Source: Selaginella moellendorffii
Taxonomy: Eukaryota > Plantae > Lycopodiophyta
Length of the DNA stretch: 64,000 bases
Reading direction: 5' to 3'
Assembly (NCBI RefSeq): GCF_000143415.4
Contig: NW_003314353.1
Coordinates: 50,075 to 114,074, forward strand
Shown here: piece by piece, positions 24,250 to 35,941 of the stretch
How the letters are laid out: each line of letters starts with the position of its first letter
How positions within the stretch are numbered: the first letter of the stretch is position 1
The notes under the pieces: generated by a model
The model's input: only the letters and a program-made list of their open reading frames with translations
The model's database searches: none
What the model was told of the DNA's origin: nothing
Translations under genes and position numbers: made by a program

Positions 24250-26157
24250 TTACAAACCATGGATGACACTTGGCTTCCAATCCTCAGCTAGAAGGCTTGA
24301 TATGTCCTCGGAGCTGGTGTACCGGCCGATGGCACCTCGGTCGAGCAACTCAAGCAGCGCAGGAGACTTAATGCATCGTGGGGTCTTGTACTGACTGGCT
24401 AAAGCTCCGCTCTCGATCGCTTTCTCCATGAGTTTCTCAAACGTCCCTTGCTTCACAGTCACCAGTTCCAGCGCTCCCAGAGTCTTGTCCACCCCTCCAG
24501 TCAGGTAAGCGGCATTGAAGCCTCTATCCAGGGCATTGCACGAATCCCTCAGCTCCTCATGCCTGGAGTTATCCCCATCGTTCTTGAGCTCCCAGTAGAT
24601 CACGTAGTGTGGACGTTCCTTGGTAGTGAAATCAGCGCAGCTGGTGAAGTTTGCGATCTCCAGGGGACAGGCGCTGCCCATGACAACCTTTTGGAGTTCT
24701 TGTTCGTCAACCTTCTCCGCATTGATGCTCAGCACGGCGTTCTTGCGATAGGAGAAAGCGACGATGGGCGACTCGTGGTGGAATCCGGTCACTTTGACAA
24801 CATCTCCAATCCTTTAGCGATACAATCCTGGAAGAGATAAAAGGAAAGAAAAGATCTTTGCATGAACAAAGAAAGGCTGACCTTCAAACGTAGTCACCAC
24901 AAGTTCATACTGCTTTCCCACTTGAAGGTCCTTAAAACCAAGAGTCTCTCCTTTCTGATGATCAGGAACTTCTTCCGGATCGACCGGAATGAACTCGAAG
25001 AACATAGTGTAGGGGATGAGCGTGAAAACAACTTCCTCCGGGGGAGTGGCAGGCCGCATATTGATTCCAAGGTAACCCTCCGACGCAGAGTAGTCGAATC
25101 CCACAATCGCCAACTTATCTCCAGCGTACTTCTTGAGCACAGGAATGTAAGGTTCCATGGCACCAGTTACAACCGTGTGCACGTATTTGGCTCTCGGCCA
25201 AAGCAGCGGAAGCAAACCAGACCATCTCGATTCTGTGCCTGCGATGAAGATCTCCGAGATCTCCCTTGCAACTTGCGACGAATCCTTACCTCTGAGCTCG
25301 CGCTCCATGAGCTTCAAGACCGGCACCCTGAGCTTTTCATCCGTGACCTTGCTCTCGCTCACACGCCGAGCGGATATGTCCTCGCATAGAATCTTCCAGT
25401 TGCTCTCGAGAAGCCTGAACACCTCACTGAGCGTGTAGGCAAAGGTTGCGTGGATGAACTCAATCTTGTGGCGCTGGACGAGGCCGCAGAGTAAGTGGCA
25501 GTAAGTCGTTTGCTGCCAATCCGATCCGGCAAGCAGCGCCTCGTACGGAGTGGCGAGAGTTTCCGCCTCTTGGTTGTACGCTTCGCTCTTGTAGTAGTTT
25601 GTTGATCCGGCTCCTATTAACAGGCCAGACTTGGCCTTATACTGTTCTCCGGAATACACAAAGTGCAGTCCAATGGGCTTGGTGCTCTCCAGCGGGAAGA
25701 TTCTGGCAAAGATCCGGTCAAGCTTATATGCACTAACATAGATTCTTACTCGTCTCTATAAGCATTCGAGGATGCGTATGCTCTGGCTAGCAAAGAGTAT
25801 CCACAGTTTGTCTGCGGTAAGATCTTATGCTTGCCAGACGACGTCCCTGAGCTGGATTCATGGCGACACATTCGAAACATTAGGAAGAGAATATAAAAGA
25901 TCGTACCTAAATGTGAAGTATAGAATCGGATCGCAGCCCAAGAGGAGGTGAGAAGTTCCATGATCAGCTATCTGTTGGAGTTCTGGAGAAATGTTGTCGT
26001 AGGAGATGATTGGAAGCTGAGCCTTGAAGGATTTCAAACACAGGGGCTGCCCGGACCTTTGTAGATATTGGCAGCTACCATTTCTCTGCAAGATTTGGAC
26101 GAGTGCCTCCTCTTGGGCTTGCACCGCATTCTTGCACACAGCCTCAAAGTCCTCCAT
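24250..26157 (-). pseudogene. GH3: GH3 acyl-amido synthetase copy 1, full length but with a nonsense codon
   Basis: SSGTSSGKHK, YSASEG and QYKTPRC motifs; conserved GLYRYRIGD reads GLYR*RIGD (TAA at 24814-24816). Confidence 0.88.
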
Positions 26158-26306
26158 GAGAATATCGTGGCTTCATCCTCCCTGTTCTTTATAGTGCCAA
26201 TGCGTTAGTTTGGGTCATCAAAAAGCTTGCACAGGGGCACATGTTTTGACTTTAAGGCTGTTCTCTTTCATGTGGGCACATGTTTTGACTTTAAGGCTAT
26301 TTACAC

Positions 26307-29300
26307 GCCTCCCGTTAAACACCATCCTGATTCACTCTCTCTCCGCTTACCTGACGATGACGTGGCATCAGCCCTCCTTTTTGTTTTATCTCCAGTGCAC
26401 TCCCTCTCCCGTCCGTCGCTGCTGCACACTCCCGCCCGCGGCTATCGCCCTCACGGCTCCCGCCCGCCCAGCGTGCGCCCTAAAATTACTTCCACGTGGC
26501 CACAGCCCCAACACTTACCCAAATTTCAATCAGCGCGCGCGTGGACGCCTTTCTACGTGCTTTACGTGGCCAATGAGTGTCATGGATGACCATTAGGAGT
26601 GGTAAACTTATGAAATCTTCTCGCTAATTTAAATATATTGCAATGTAAGTATATAAAGAGTTTGTTTTTTTAATTTATTCTTTGCTAAGATTGAGTTTTT
26701 CGTTTAAAGAGCTTTTCTTTCTTGTCTTCCTCTGCCTAGTGAAAGGAGTTGCTTTTGGACTACTAGAAGCTTTTCTTTTACCTGTAATTCTTTCCACCAA
26801 AGGTTTTGCTTGCTCCAAGGATGTACCATAACTATCAACACGCTGTTGAAATTCTGCTGTAGGATGAATAAGATTGTCTGGCCTGGCTTTAAAAGTTGCA
26901 ACCTTCTGCTGTATCATTTTTAAATTATTGTCAACCATAGATAAAAAAGCTTCTTTATCAGAAAGATCTTGTAAGATATCCATCATCTTTTGTTGTAATG
27001 TCGTTTTTGTAACTTTTGATGGAGTGATATCTTCCTGCTTAAAGTTCATATCAATATTTAAAATTTATTTAGTGTAAATTACTTCTATAGTAGTCCTTAG
27101 CTGAATTTCTTGTTGATGCTGTATATTTTGATGGATATCTTCCTGCTCAATATTCATATATATTAGTATATAAAATATGTTAGTTTACCTCTAATGTAGT
27201 CTCCAACTGAATTTCTTGCTCATGATAAACATCTTGATGGATGTTTTCCTGCTTAAATTTTTATAAGTATTTCAAAATTTTAATTAATAAGTGAATTACC
27301 TCTGTCATAGCTTCCAAGTCAAGTGCTTCAAAATCTTGATGACGATAAAATAAATCATCTGGCCCAGGTTCTAAGATTGCATGCGATTGTGATGGTTGAA
27401 CCTTATAACTAGTTGTAGTCCAATCGGTTTTTTCTCCTTGTTTTAACATAATAACTTTTGTTTGATGCTTGCAAAAGTTTCCTTTGGTTGCCCATGGACA
27501 ATTACACCAAGTCGAAAAAGCCCAATCACTGTGTCCTTCACCTCCGACAACAAGATACCATATAGTTGGATCTAAAGAGGATTGTACATAGGATTTGTGA
27601 GTATTGTCCTTATCGAATTTTACTTGAGAGTCGTTAATATTTCTTGCTTTAACAATTGCACCATCGATTAGCTTTTCATATGCATGGTTTCGGATAAAAC
27701 CATGATCTTTGCAATAAGTAGTAAACCAGTACCTCGTATGAACCTTAGTAGTAAGTTGATGAATTGCCCAATCCATCCTTCGATTGCGACCATGTTTTTT
27801 TTCGGATGAGAATATAGCTTTCATATTTGCATGGAATGCCTCAATTGAACTATTTGTCTCCTTGTTAGCATGAGGGAAATTTCGAGCAGCAACAACCCAC
27901 ATATCTATCAAATATAAATTAAAATAAATTATAAAAATTAAATTATTGATTCACTTACCAACTTTGTCCTTCCATTCGTCTTGAAAATACTTGATAAAGG
28001 CTACTTCATTTTGAAAATCCACCTCAAAATGTTCAATAAGTTGTTTAATCTCAGCTTGCATAATATTATCATCATGAAAAGCTGCATGAATTGAACTTTC
28101 TCGGGATTTGTGTTCTTCCAAATACGTACACTCTATGCGTCATTCTCATGTAATCGATAAGTTGAAAGTGAATACTTCCTATGCAGATTGTTGATATCTT
28201 ACATAGTTAGAAAATCATCTCGATGAAGAGGTTCACCAGCTAACTTGTTCCTTTCCACAATCTGTATATGCTCATTATAAATCTGATTTGATGTGAAATC
28301 CTGCTGAATCATATGAATCACCCAATGTCGAATATCTGCTGAAAGCTTCTGAGGAAATAATGACTTTCCCCCAGTCGGATCAAGTTGACCATGACAAGGA
28401 ATGCCATTCTTATCACAATGTTCTCTATGATAATATGTAATCTGCACATAATCAGGCCATTTGTAAAACTGTTTGACCAAAAAATTGCAAAAGCAACCCC
28501 GCTTATTAGAACTTTGACCTAGTCTACTTCCAAATCCTGACTTTGGTGTAGATTCAGCAACTATAATAGAGGATGTTTCACGAGCATCTTGTTTTCCATA
28601 TTCACACAAATACCTGTATCATGAAGTTAGTAATTATATTTTGTTAAAAAGATATACCTGATTAATGATAAAAAGCTTGTGTTTTTGGGTCATTTCAAAT
28701 CTCCAGGATCACGATTTTTATTAGAAAATTGCCAAAAATCCACTCCATCACCCCTTCTCCTTTCACCATCTAGAAACTTGTTCACATCCTTCTGTAATAT
28801 ATACACAATAGGAGCTATAGTTTCATTTGATTTAGACAAATTCCAATCTAAATCATCTGCACAAAAATAATCCTTTTCATGGAATTCTTGCACCTCATCA
28901 AGCCATGGGGGATCCTAAATGATTTTCTTGAATCAATATGAAATTGAATTGATTGCTTACCTCTGGAAATTGATGTGCTGCTGCCATGCCCGATCATAAA
29001 AGAAACAGAAATGTTTTTAGGTCAATTATGGGGCAACCATCGGGCGTGAATGGGTGGACCAGGGCGTGCTGATTGAAATTTGGCTAAGTGTTGGGGCTGT
29101 GGCCACATGGAAGTAATTTTAGGGCGCACGCTGGGCGCGGGCGGACGTGTGGGGGCTGGTGGGAGTGCGGGCGGGAGCCGTGAGGGCGAGCGGGCGGGTG
29201 GGAGCTGCGGGCGGGCGATAGCCGTGGGCGGGAGTGTGCAGCGGCGACGGACGGGAGAGGGAGTGCGCTAGAGATAAAACAAAAACGAGGGCTGGTGCCA

Positions 29301-29356
29301 CATCATCACCAGGTAAGCGGAGAGAGAGTGAATCAGGATGGTGTTTAACGGGAGGC
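26307..29356 (-). mobile_element. Mutator-like (MULE) DNA transposon, internally deleted, with SWIM-domain transposase
   Basis: GC-rich TIRs ~26307-26540 and ~29064-29356. AT-rich intron-containing coding relic with KRGCFCNFLVK, HCDKNGIPCHG, TNSSIEAFH and SWIM CNCPWATKGNFCKH. Absent from the paralogous site at ~34395-34412. Confidence 0.85.
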
Positions 29357-30248
29357 ACAACGCACAATTGAGTATGTGTATTATAAATTTTTCATGGGAC
29401 ATGTGTATAAATCCATAGACAATCCACAGGATTGCCTACAACATGCAGATACTTGAGGATTGCCATATGTCATATTACATTGAGTGCTAAAATGTTTCAA
29501 AAAATGATATATGGATAGAGCTACCACAATTCTTCTTTCTTGATAACAAAATTGTGCCTATGTTACTGTAATTGCTGTCAAAAGGTATGGTGATCAAGGT
29601 TTAAGAGAGTACAATTTGTGGAGAAAGCAAAGCAAGAATTTTTTAAAGATAAAGTTTAGTTTAAAGTGATCTTTCCAACCTCTTAAACAAGAAATTATGT
29701 CTCTCAAAAAACTTAAACCTTGTAAGCCATACCTAAAATGCAAGGTATGATATAGAGGTTGTCCATGCCCATGCATCATATCAATGCAATGTTTATAAGA
29801 AACAAATTTGTATAATTTCCATATGGTGTTATGTTCATGTTAGGCGCAAGTTTTGACCACGTGGTCAACTTCGGTCGGGAAGCTCAAGAGTATATATTAA
29901 AGCATGTTAGGGTAAAGAATTTAACTTACCCTAAGGCTCACAGTGCACAATGGAGCTTTTGAGGTAGTTTAAGAATGGTTGGGTGGTAAAGAACTTCAAG
30001 AGGAGGCATAATATAATTTAGGGAGATTAAATCTTTATTTTTTTGCACCAGATCATAAAATTGGTATTAGAAAAATTGGTTGTGATGGCCAATTGGAATC
30101 CTTTGTTGATGGTGGTGCCAATGATGGTGCTGATGGAGGTGCGGAGGTTTGGACCATTCAAGATATTGTTCATGAGTTGCGAACCTTTAATTAAAATTAG
30201 CAAGAGATGCAAAACGAGATGCATGGCATGATGGGTAAGTGTGTCAAA

Positions 30249-32645
30249 TGTAATGCACTTGTATTTGGAGTCAAATTCCAAGCCCGTTGCATTACGAAAC
30301 GAGGGTCTAGTATAATCCCACGAGCACTAGCTCCCCTTATCCTGCATGCAAAATGGTGTCAGATGGAGTTTGGCATAATTTTAGTATACTGGTGGCTTAA
30401 CGCAAGGAGGGTACCCCACCAACTAGAGCAGCATAGAGCTTGGGCTTAGACCTAAGCTGGACGCAGAACAAAGAGCAACACAGCCTAGCGGGAGCCAAAT
30501 TAATGTCTTAAGTGGTCAGATATGCATTCCAACTACTATCCCTACTATACATTTGGAACCCCCTATAGCCCCCTCTTTGAGGAACACACACTTTGGGATT
30601 TCACCCCAAGCCTCCCTTAGTACCAGGAGTTAGTCTCTGGGACAAGCTCAAAATTTACTAAATATGTAATATCCCTAAATTGCAAATTTGGACACGGGAC
30701 AAACACCATATCAATCTTTACATTCCATAAATATGCCAAATGAGTGAATTTAGACACTTTCCATAAATAGCATTTGAAACCGAAATGAGACTAACACAAA
30801 AGGCATGATAGCGAGGGTGTTTGGCAGATACGGTAAGCTATCATCCAGCAATATTAAGGGACTAATCTCAGTACGCGAGGGTTCTTGTCACTAGCCAGTG
30901 CAAGACATAACGAGACGGGAACTCCTTACCGGGCTAAGTATGTTTAGGTAATAGCACGTAGGAATTCCATCCTTATGCTCGTCAGGTCTAAGTACACTCA
31001 AAATGCCTAGTTAACTCCACTAGCACAAGAGGGGCTACCAAAGGGATTTAACTGTACCAACCTCCTACCATTATGGCAGTAAGGAAAGAGTGTCTATAAG
31101 GACTGACTGACAAGTATCTTTCGATACCCGAAGTCATATTCGCAACACTCTCCCCCCTTGCGGAAGATCGACGTCCTTGTTGATGCATACCCGAGTCTAA
31201 CACACCGTCAAGGAAACAACTCTGAAAGTTAATGGAAAGCACATTATATGGGAAACACACTGACTTAAATGAATTATGGAATGACCTCTCCTCTACATCC
31301 AAAGACGTTAAGACTCAAACACCCTCCGGCTGTCACCAATAAGAAAATGACTAACGGAGTTAGCCACCCTTGCTGCTCCGAGTACCACTCAGCTCACAAA
31401 GGAATGATACATCCCTGCCCACAGGGACATAGGGAGAAGGCCAAAGGCCCAACTTCCCCTTAGCAAGAAATCAACCCCATCGGGAAGATTTAGACAACTA
31501 TTATAAACTGGCAGATTAAGTTGTTTACACGACTATGCCCTTTTTCAAAAATGGGTCATCGAGAAAGAGATAGGGATTTGTGATCAGTTTATAATAATTA
31601 TCCCCATGGCTATGGATTGGACCCATGCACTGAAGTGTGAAGTCAGGCTGCTAAAATTGACCCAAATACAAATGAATGAGAGAAATGAAACTTTTGATTT
31701 ATAGAAATATATTACTTTAATAATTTGCAAGATTTATTACAAGATTTACAAGATTTAAGCTAGTCTTTATTACAATTCTCATACTCGGTGACAAGCTCAC
31801 GAGCATGTGTAAGATTCCTAAGAGGTTCCCAAGTTGATTCACAAGTCAGGTAACCTTTCCAGTTAATGAGATATTCCTTCGCACGAGCCCATCTCCAAAA
31901 CTGGGAATCCAAGATAGTTTCAACTTTGTATTCTAGTTCACCGTCCACAATGTCTGGTGGCAGATGAATCTCCCCGTGTTGCACAACATCCATAATGTAA
32001 GGAGCTAATAGATTGGCATGAAATACATTATGAATATTGGACATCTCCACAGAAAGATTTAACCAATAGGATACATCATTGATTCATTTCAACACCCAAT
32101 AGGGTCCAACATATCTCAGTAATAGCTTTCGAGATAAAGATCCCTTAATGTTCAGATTCCGGGAAGATAACCACACTTAGTCCCCCACTTGATAGGATAC
32201 ATCCCAATGATGCTGATCCTTATTACATCAATACCTATCCTGAGCTTTGCCCATCACCTCAGTAGCTCTAGACCAACTTTGGCATAGCTGCTCCGCATAA
32301 GTCTCAACGGTTGGGACCAACACTTCGGGCATTAATTTTGGTATAACAATCTATTGAGGCACCCCACGAGCATTCCCTTGCAACATCTCCCATGGAGAAC
32401 AGTCAATAGCACTGTGAAATGTGTTGTTATAACAAATTTCTACTGTATCCAAATGCTCAACCTAATCGCATTGGTTTGCCGCGACATAGTACCACAAATA
32501 ATCCTCAACTTGAGTATTCACGCGTTCAATCTGCCCATCAATTTGAGGATGATAAGCCGTACTAAACCTCAACTTGGTACCAAACATTTGGAATAGTGTG
32601 CCCCAAAACTTCCCCGTAAACCTCAAATCTCTATCCAAGATAATC
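30249..32645 (-). mobile_element. Older 5'-truncated chromovirus copy (integrase end, chromodomain, PPT, 3' LTR 30249-31147)
   Basis: Reverse-complement match to ~40915-43335; DRDLRFTGKFW, STAYHPQ, EYLINWKGY..STWEP. Confidence 0.9.
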
Positions 32646-34309
32646 AGGTAAGTGGCATTGAAGCCTCTATCCAAGGCATTTCATGAATCCCTCAGCTCCT
32701 CATGCCTAGAGTTATCCCCATCGTTCTTGAGCTCCCAGTAGATCACGTAGTGTGGACGTTCCTTGGTAGTGAAATCAGCGCAGCTGGTGAAGTTTGCAAT
32801 CTCCAGGGGACTGGCACTGCCCATGACAACCTTTTGGAGTTCTTGTTCGTCAACCTTCTCCACATTGATGCTCAGCACGGCGTTCTTGCGATAGGAGAAA
32901 GCGACGATGGGCGACTCGTGGTGGAATCCGGTCACTTTGACAACATCTCCAATTCTGTAGCAATACAATCCTGGAAGAGATAAAAGAAAAGAAAAGATCT
33001 TTGCATGAACAAAGAAAGGCTGACCTTCAAACGTAGTCACCACAAGTTCATACTGCTTTCCCACTTGAAGGTCCTTAAAACCAAGAGTCTCTCCTTTCTG
33101 ATGATCAGGAACTTCTTCCGGATCGACTGGAATGAACTTGAAGAACATAGTGTAGGGGATGAGCGTGAAAACAACTTCCTCCGGGGGAGTGGCAGGCCGC
33201 ATATTGATTCCAAGGTAACCCTCCGACGCAGAGTAGTTGAATCCCACAATCGCCAACTTATCTCCAGCGTACTTCTTGAGCACAGGAATGTAAGGTTCCA
33301 TGGCACCAGTTACAACCGTGTGCACGTATTTGGCTCTCGGCCAAAGCAGCGGAAGCAAACCAGACCATCTCGATTCTGTGCCTGCGATGAAGATCTCCGA
33401 GATCTCCCTTGCAACTTGCGACGAATCCTTACCTCTGAGCTCGCGCTCCATGAGCTTCAAGACCGGCACCCTGAGCTTTTCATCTTTGACCTTGCTCTCG
33501 CTCACACGCCGAGCGGATATGTCCTCGCATAGAATCTTCCAGTCGCTCTCGAGAAGCCTGAACGCCTCACTGAGCGTGTAGGCAAAGGCTGCGTGGATGA
33601 ACTCAATCTTGTGGCGCTGGACGAGGCCGCAGAGTAAGTGGCAGTAAGTCGTTTGCTGCCAATCCGATCCGGCAAGCAGCGCCTCGTACGGAGTGGCGAG
33701 AGTTTCCGCCTCTTGGTTGTACGCTTCGCTCTTGTAGTAGTTTGTTGATCCGGCTCCTAGTAACAGGCCAGACTTGGCCTTATACTGTTCTCCGGAATAC
33801 ACAAAGTGCAGTCCAATGGGCTTGGTGCTCTCCAGCGGGAAGATTCTGGCAAAGATCCGGTCAAGCTTATATGCACTAACATAGATTCTTACTCGTCTCT
33901 ATAAGCATTCGAGGATGCGTATGCTCTGGCTAGCAAAGAGTATCCACAGTTTGTCTGCGGTAAGATCTTATGCTTGCCAGACGACGTCCCTGAGCTGGAT
34001 TCATGGCGAGCATTCGAAACATTAACTAAAGATAGGAAGAGAATATAAAAGATCGTACCTAAATGAAAAGTATAGAATCGGATCGCAGCCCAAGAGGAGG
34101 TGAGAAGTTCCATGATCAGCTATCTGTTGGAGTTCTGGAGAAATGTTGTCGTAGGAGATGATTGGAAGCTGAGCCTTGAAGGATTTCAAACACAGGGGCT
34201 GCCCGAACCTTTGTAGATAGTGGCAGCTGCCATTTCTCTGCAAAATTTGGACGAGTGCCTCCTCCTGGGCTTGCACCGCATTCTTGCACACAGCCTCAAA
34301 GTCCTCCAT
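32644..34309 (-). pseudogene. GH3: GH3 copy 2, premature stop and 3' truncated
   Basis: Near-identical to copy 1; TGC>TGA at 32681-32683, LYRY>LYCY, and fused directly to chromovirus integrase at ~32644. Confidence 0.88.
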
Positions 34310-35941
34310 GAGAATAACGTGGCTTCAGTGCCAATGCCTAGTTTGTTTAAAAAAAGCTAGCAGATGAGGCACGTGTTTGACTTTGTTATCCTTTATTTAC
34401 AACACACAATTGATTAAAATTTTTGTATGGGACATGCCACATATAAACCCATGGACTGACATGCAGATACTTGAGGATTGCCATATGTCATATTACAATT
34501 GAGTGCCAAATTTCAAAAAATATCTCCTTTCTTGCTTTTCTCCACAAATTGTACTCTCTTAAACCTCGAGCATCATACCTTTTGACAGCAATTACAGTAA
34601 CATAGACAAGGCGATCAAAGCAAGAAAATAACTTTTTTTTAGATAAATTTTCTACTTCGTGTTCTATAAGGGGCTGGGACAGCCTCCTATAGTAGAGCTC
34701 TTCTAGACTAAAGCATAGAATGTTTTTTCGAGATCCTCCAAGGTTTTTTTTCATCTAGAAAGGCAGTAGAATTCCTAGGATTCACATTGGTAAGCTTGCA
34801 CTGCTAGGGTTTCCTTGGAGAAGTGGCTGAAGGATTTGAATAAAATATGGATCTCTTGCTCTGGACGGGGCTATGGGAGAGGGAATGGGGGTGCAATCAG
34901 GCCAATTCTCTTCTGGAGGTCATTTTCTAATCTTCACGGAATGCTGGGAGAAGAAGTGCAATTTTCACAAAACGATTAAGCTCTAGATACTGAAGGACAA
35001 GTGTTTCAACTCCTTGATGAAGCTACTTCACATTGCCTGGCCTAAGATGAAAGTGTGCAGGCTCTATGATGCACATTTGTTCTTGTTTATCTTCTTTAGC
35101 CCCTCCAGTTTTATATAGTTTAAAGTAATTTCTCAGCCTCCTAAACGAGAAATTATGTCTCTCAAAACTTAAACCTTGTAAGTCATAACTAGAATGCAAG
35201 GTATGATGCAGAGGAAGGTGGGTTGTCTGTTTAATGCAATGTCTGTAAGAAACAAACTTGTACAATTTCCACATAACATTATGTTCATGAAAGCAAAATG
35301 CTTGCCTAAGCAACAGAAAATAACCTTCTCACAAGCTTTTTCTAGTCACTGTGTCAAACTTGCAAAGATGTGTGCAAAAATGAGCTCTTGTATTCCCTAT
35401 ACCTTAGAGTAAAGGATATTAAAAGCCCTAGCAGCAAAGATCATCATACTATATCCTCCCTAGAAGTTGTAAATTAGAGGTATTTTAAAGACCATTGGTA
35501 GGCCTTCTCTAGTGGTTTTGTCATTCCACACAACCTGTGTGCATGGTTAACAATCCATGAAGATTTGTGTTATGTATATACCACTATCATATAACATTTC
35601 ATTTGAAAATAAATGTAGAGATAAAATCCAAAATATATCATAAAAGAAAGTGCATCCCACAAAAACTGCCAAACACTTAAAGATTCTATAGAGCTCTTAG
35701 ATAAGCACTCACCTTTATATTTGGAAGATGCACAATTTGGAGAATAGTGACAATAAGAGCAATGCTCTTCTAAAAGCCAAAAGCCTTGATGAAACACTTA
35801 TGATTGCATCAGTATAACTTATTAGCATATCTTGAGCAATCTATCAAAGTTTACATGTTGGTACATAGTTGTAAGCTCCTAAATTTAAACTTCTTGGGAG
35901 TTCACCCAACCCAGTACTATTCAAACCCAAAGAAGCTTAAC

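Noticed and set aside
26235-26298. 25-bp direct repeat next to the MULE left end as its TSD
   Set aside because: Both copies are on the same side of the element; it is a local promoter duplication.
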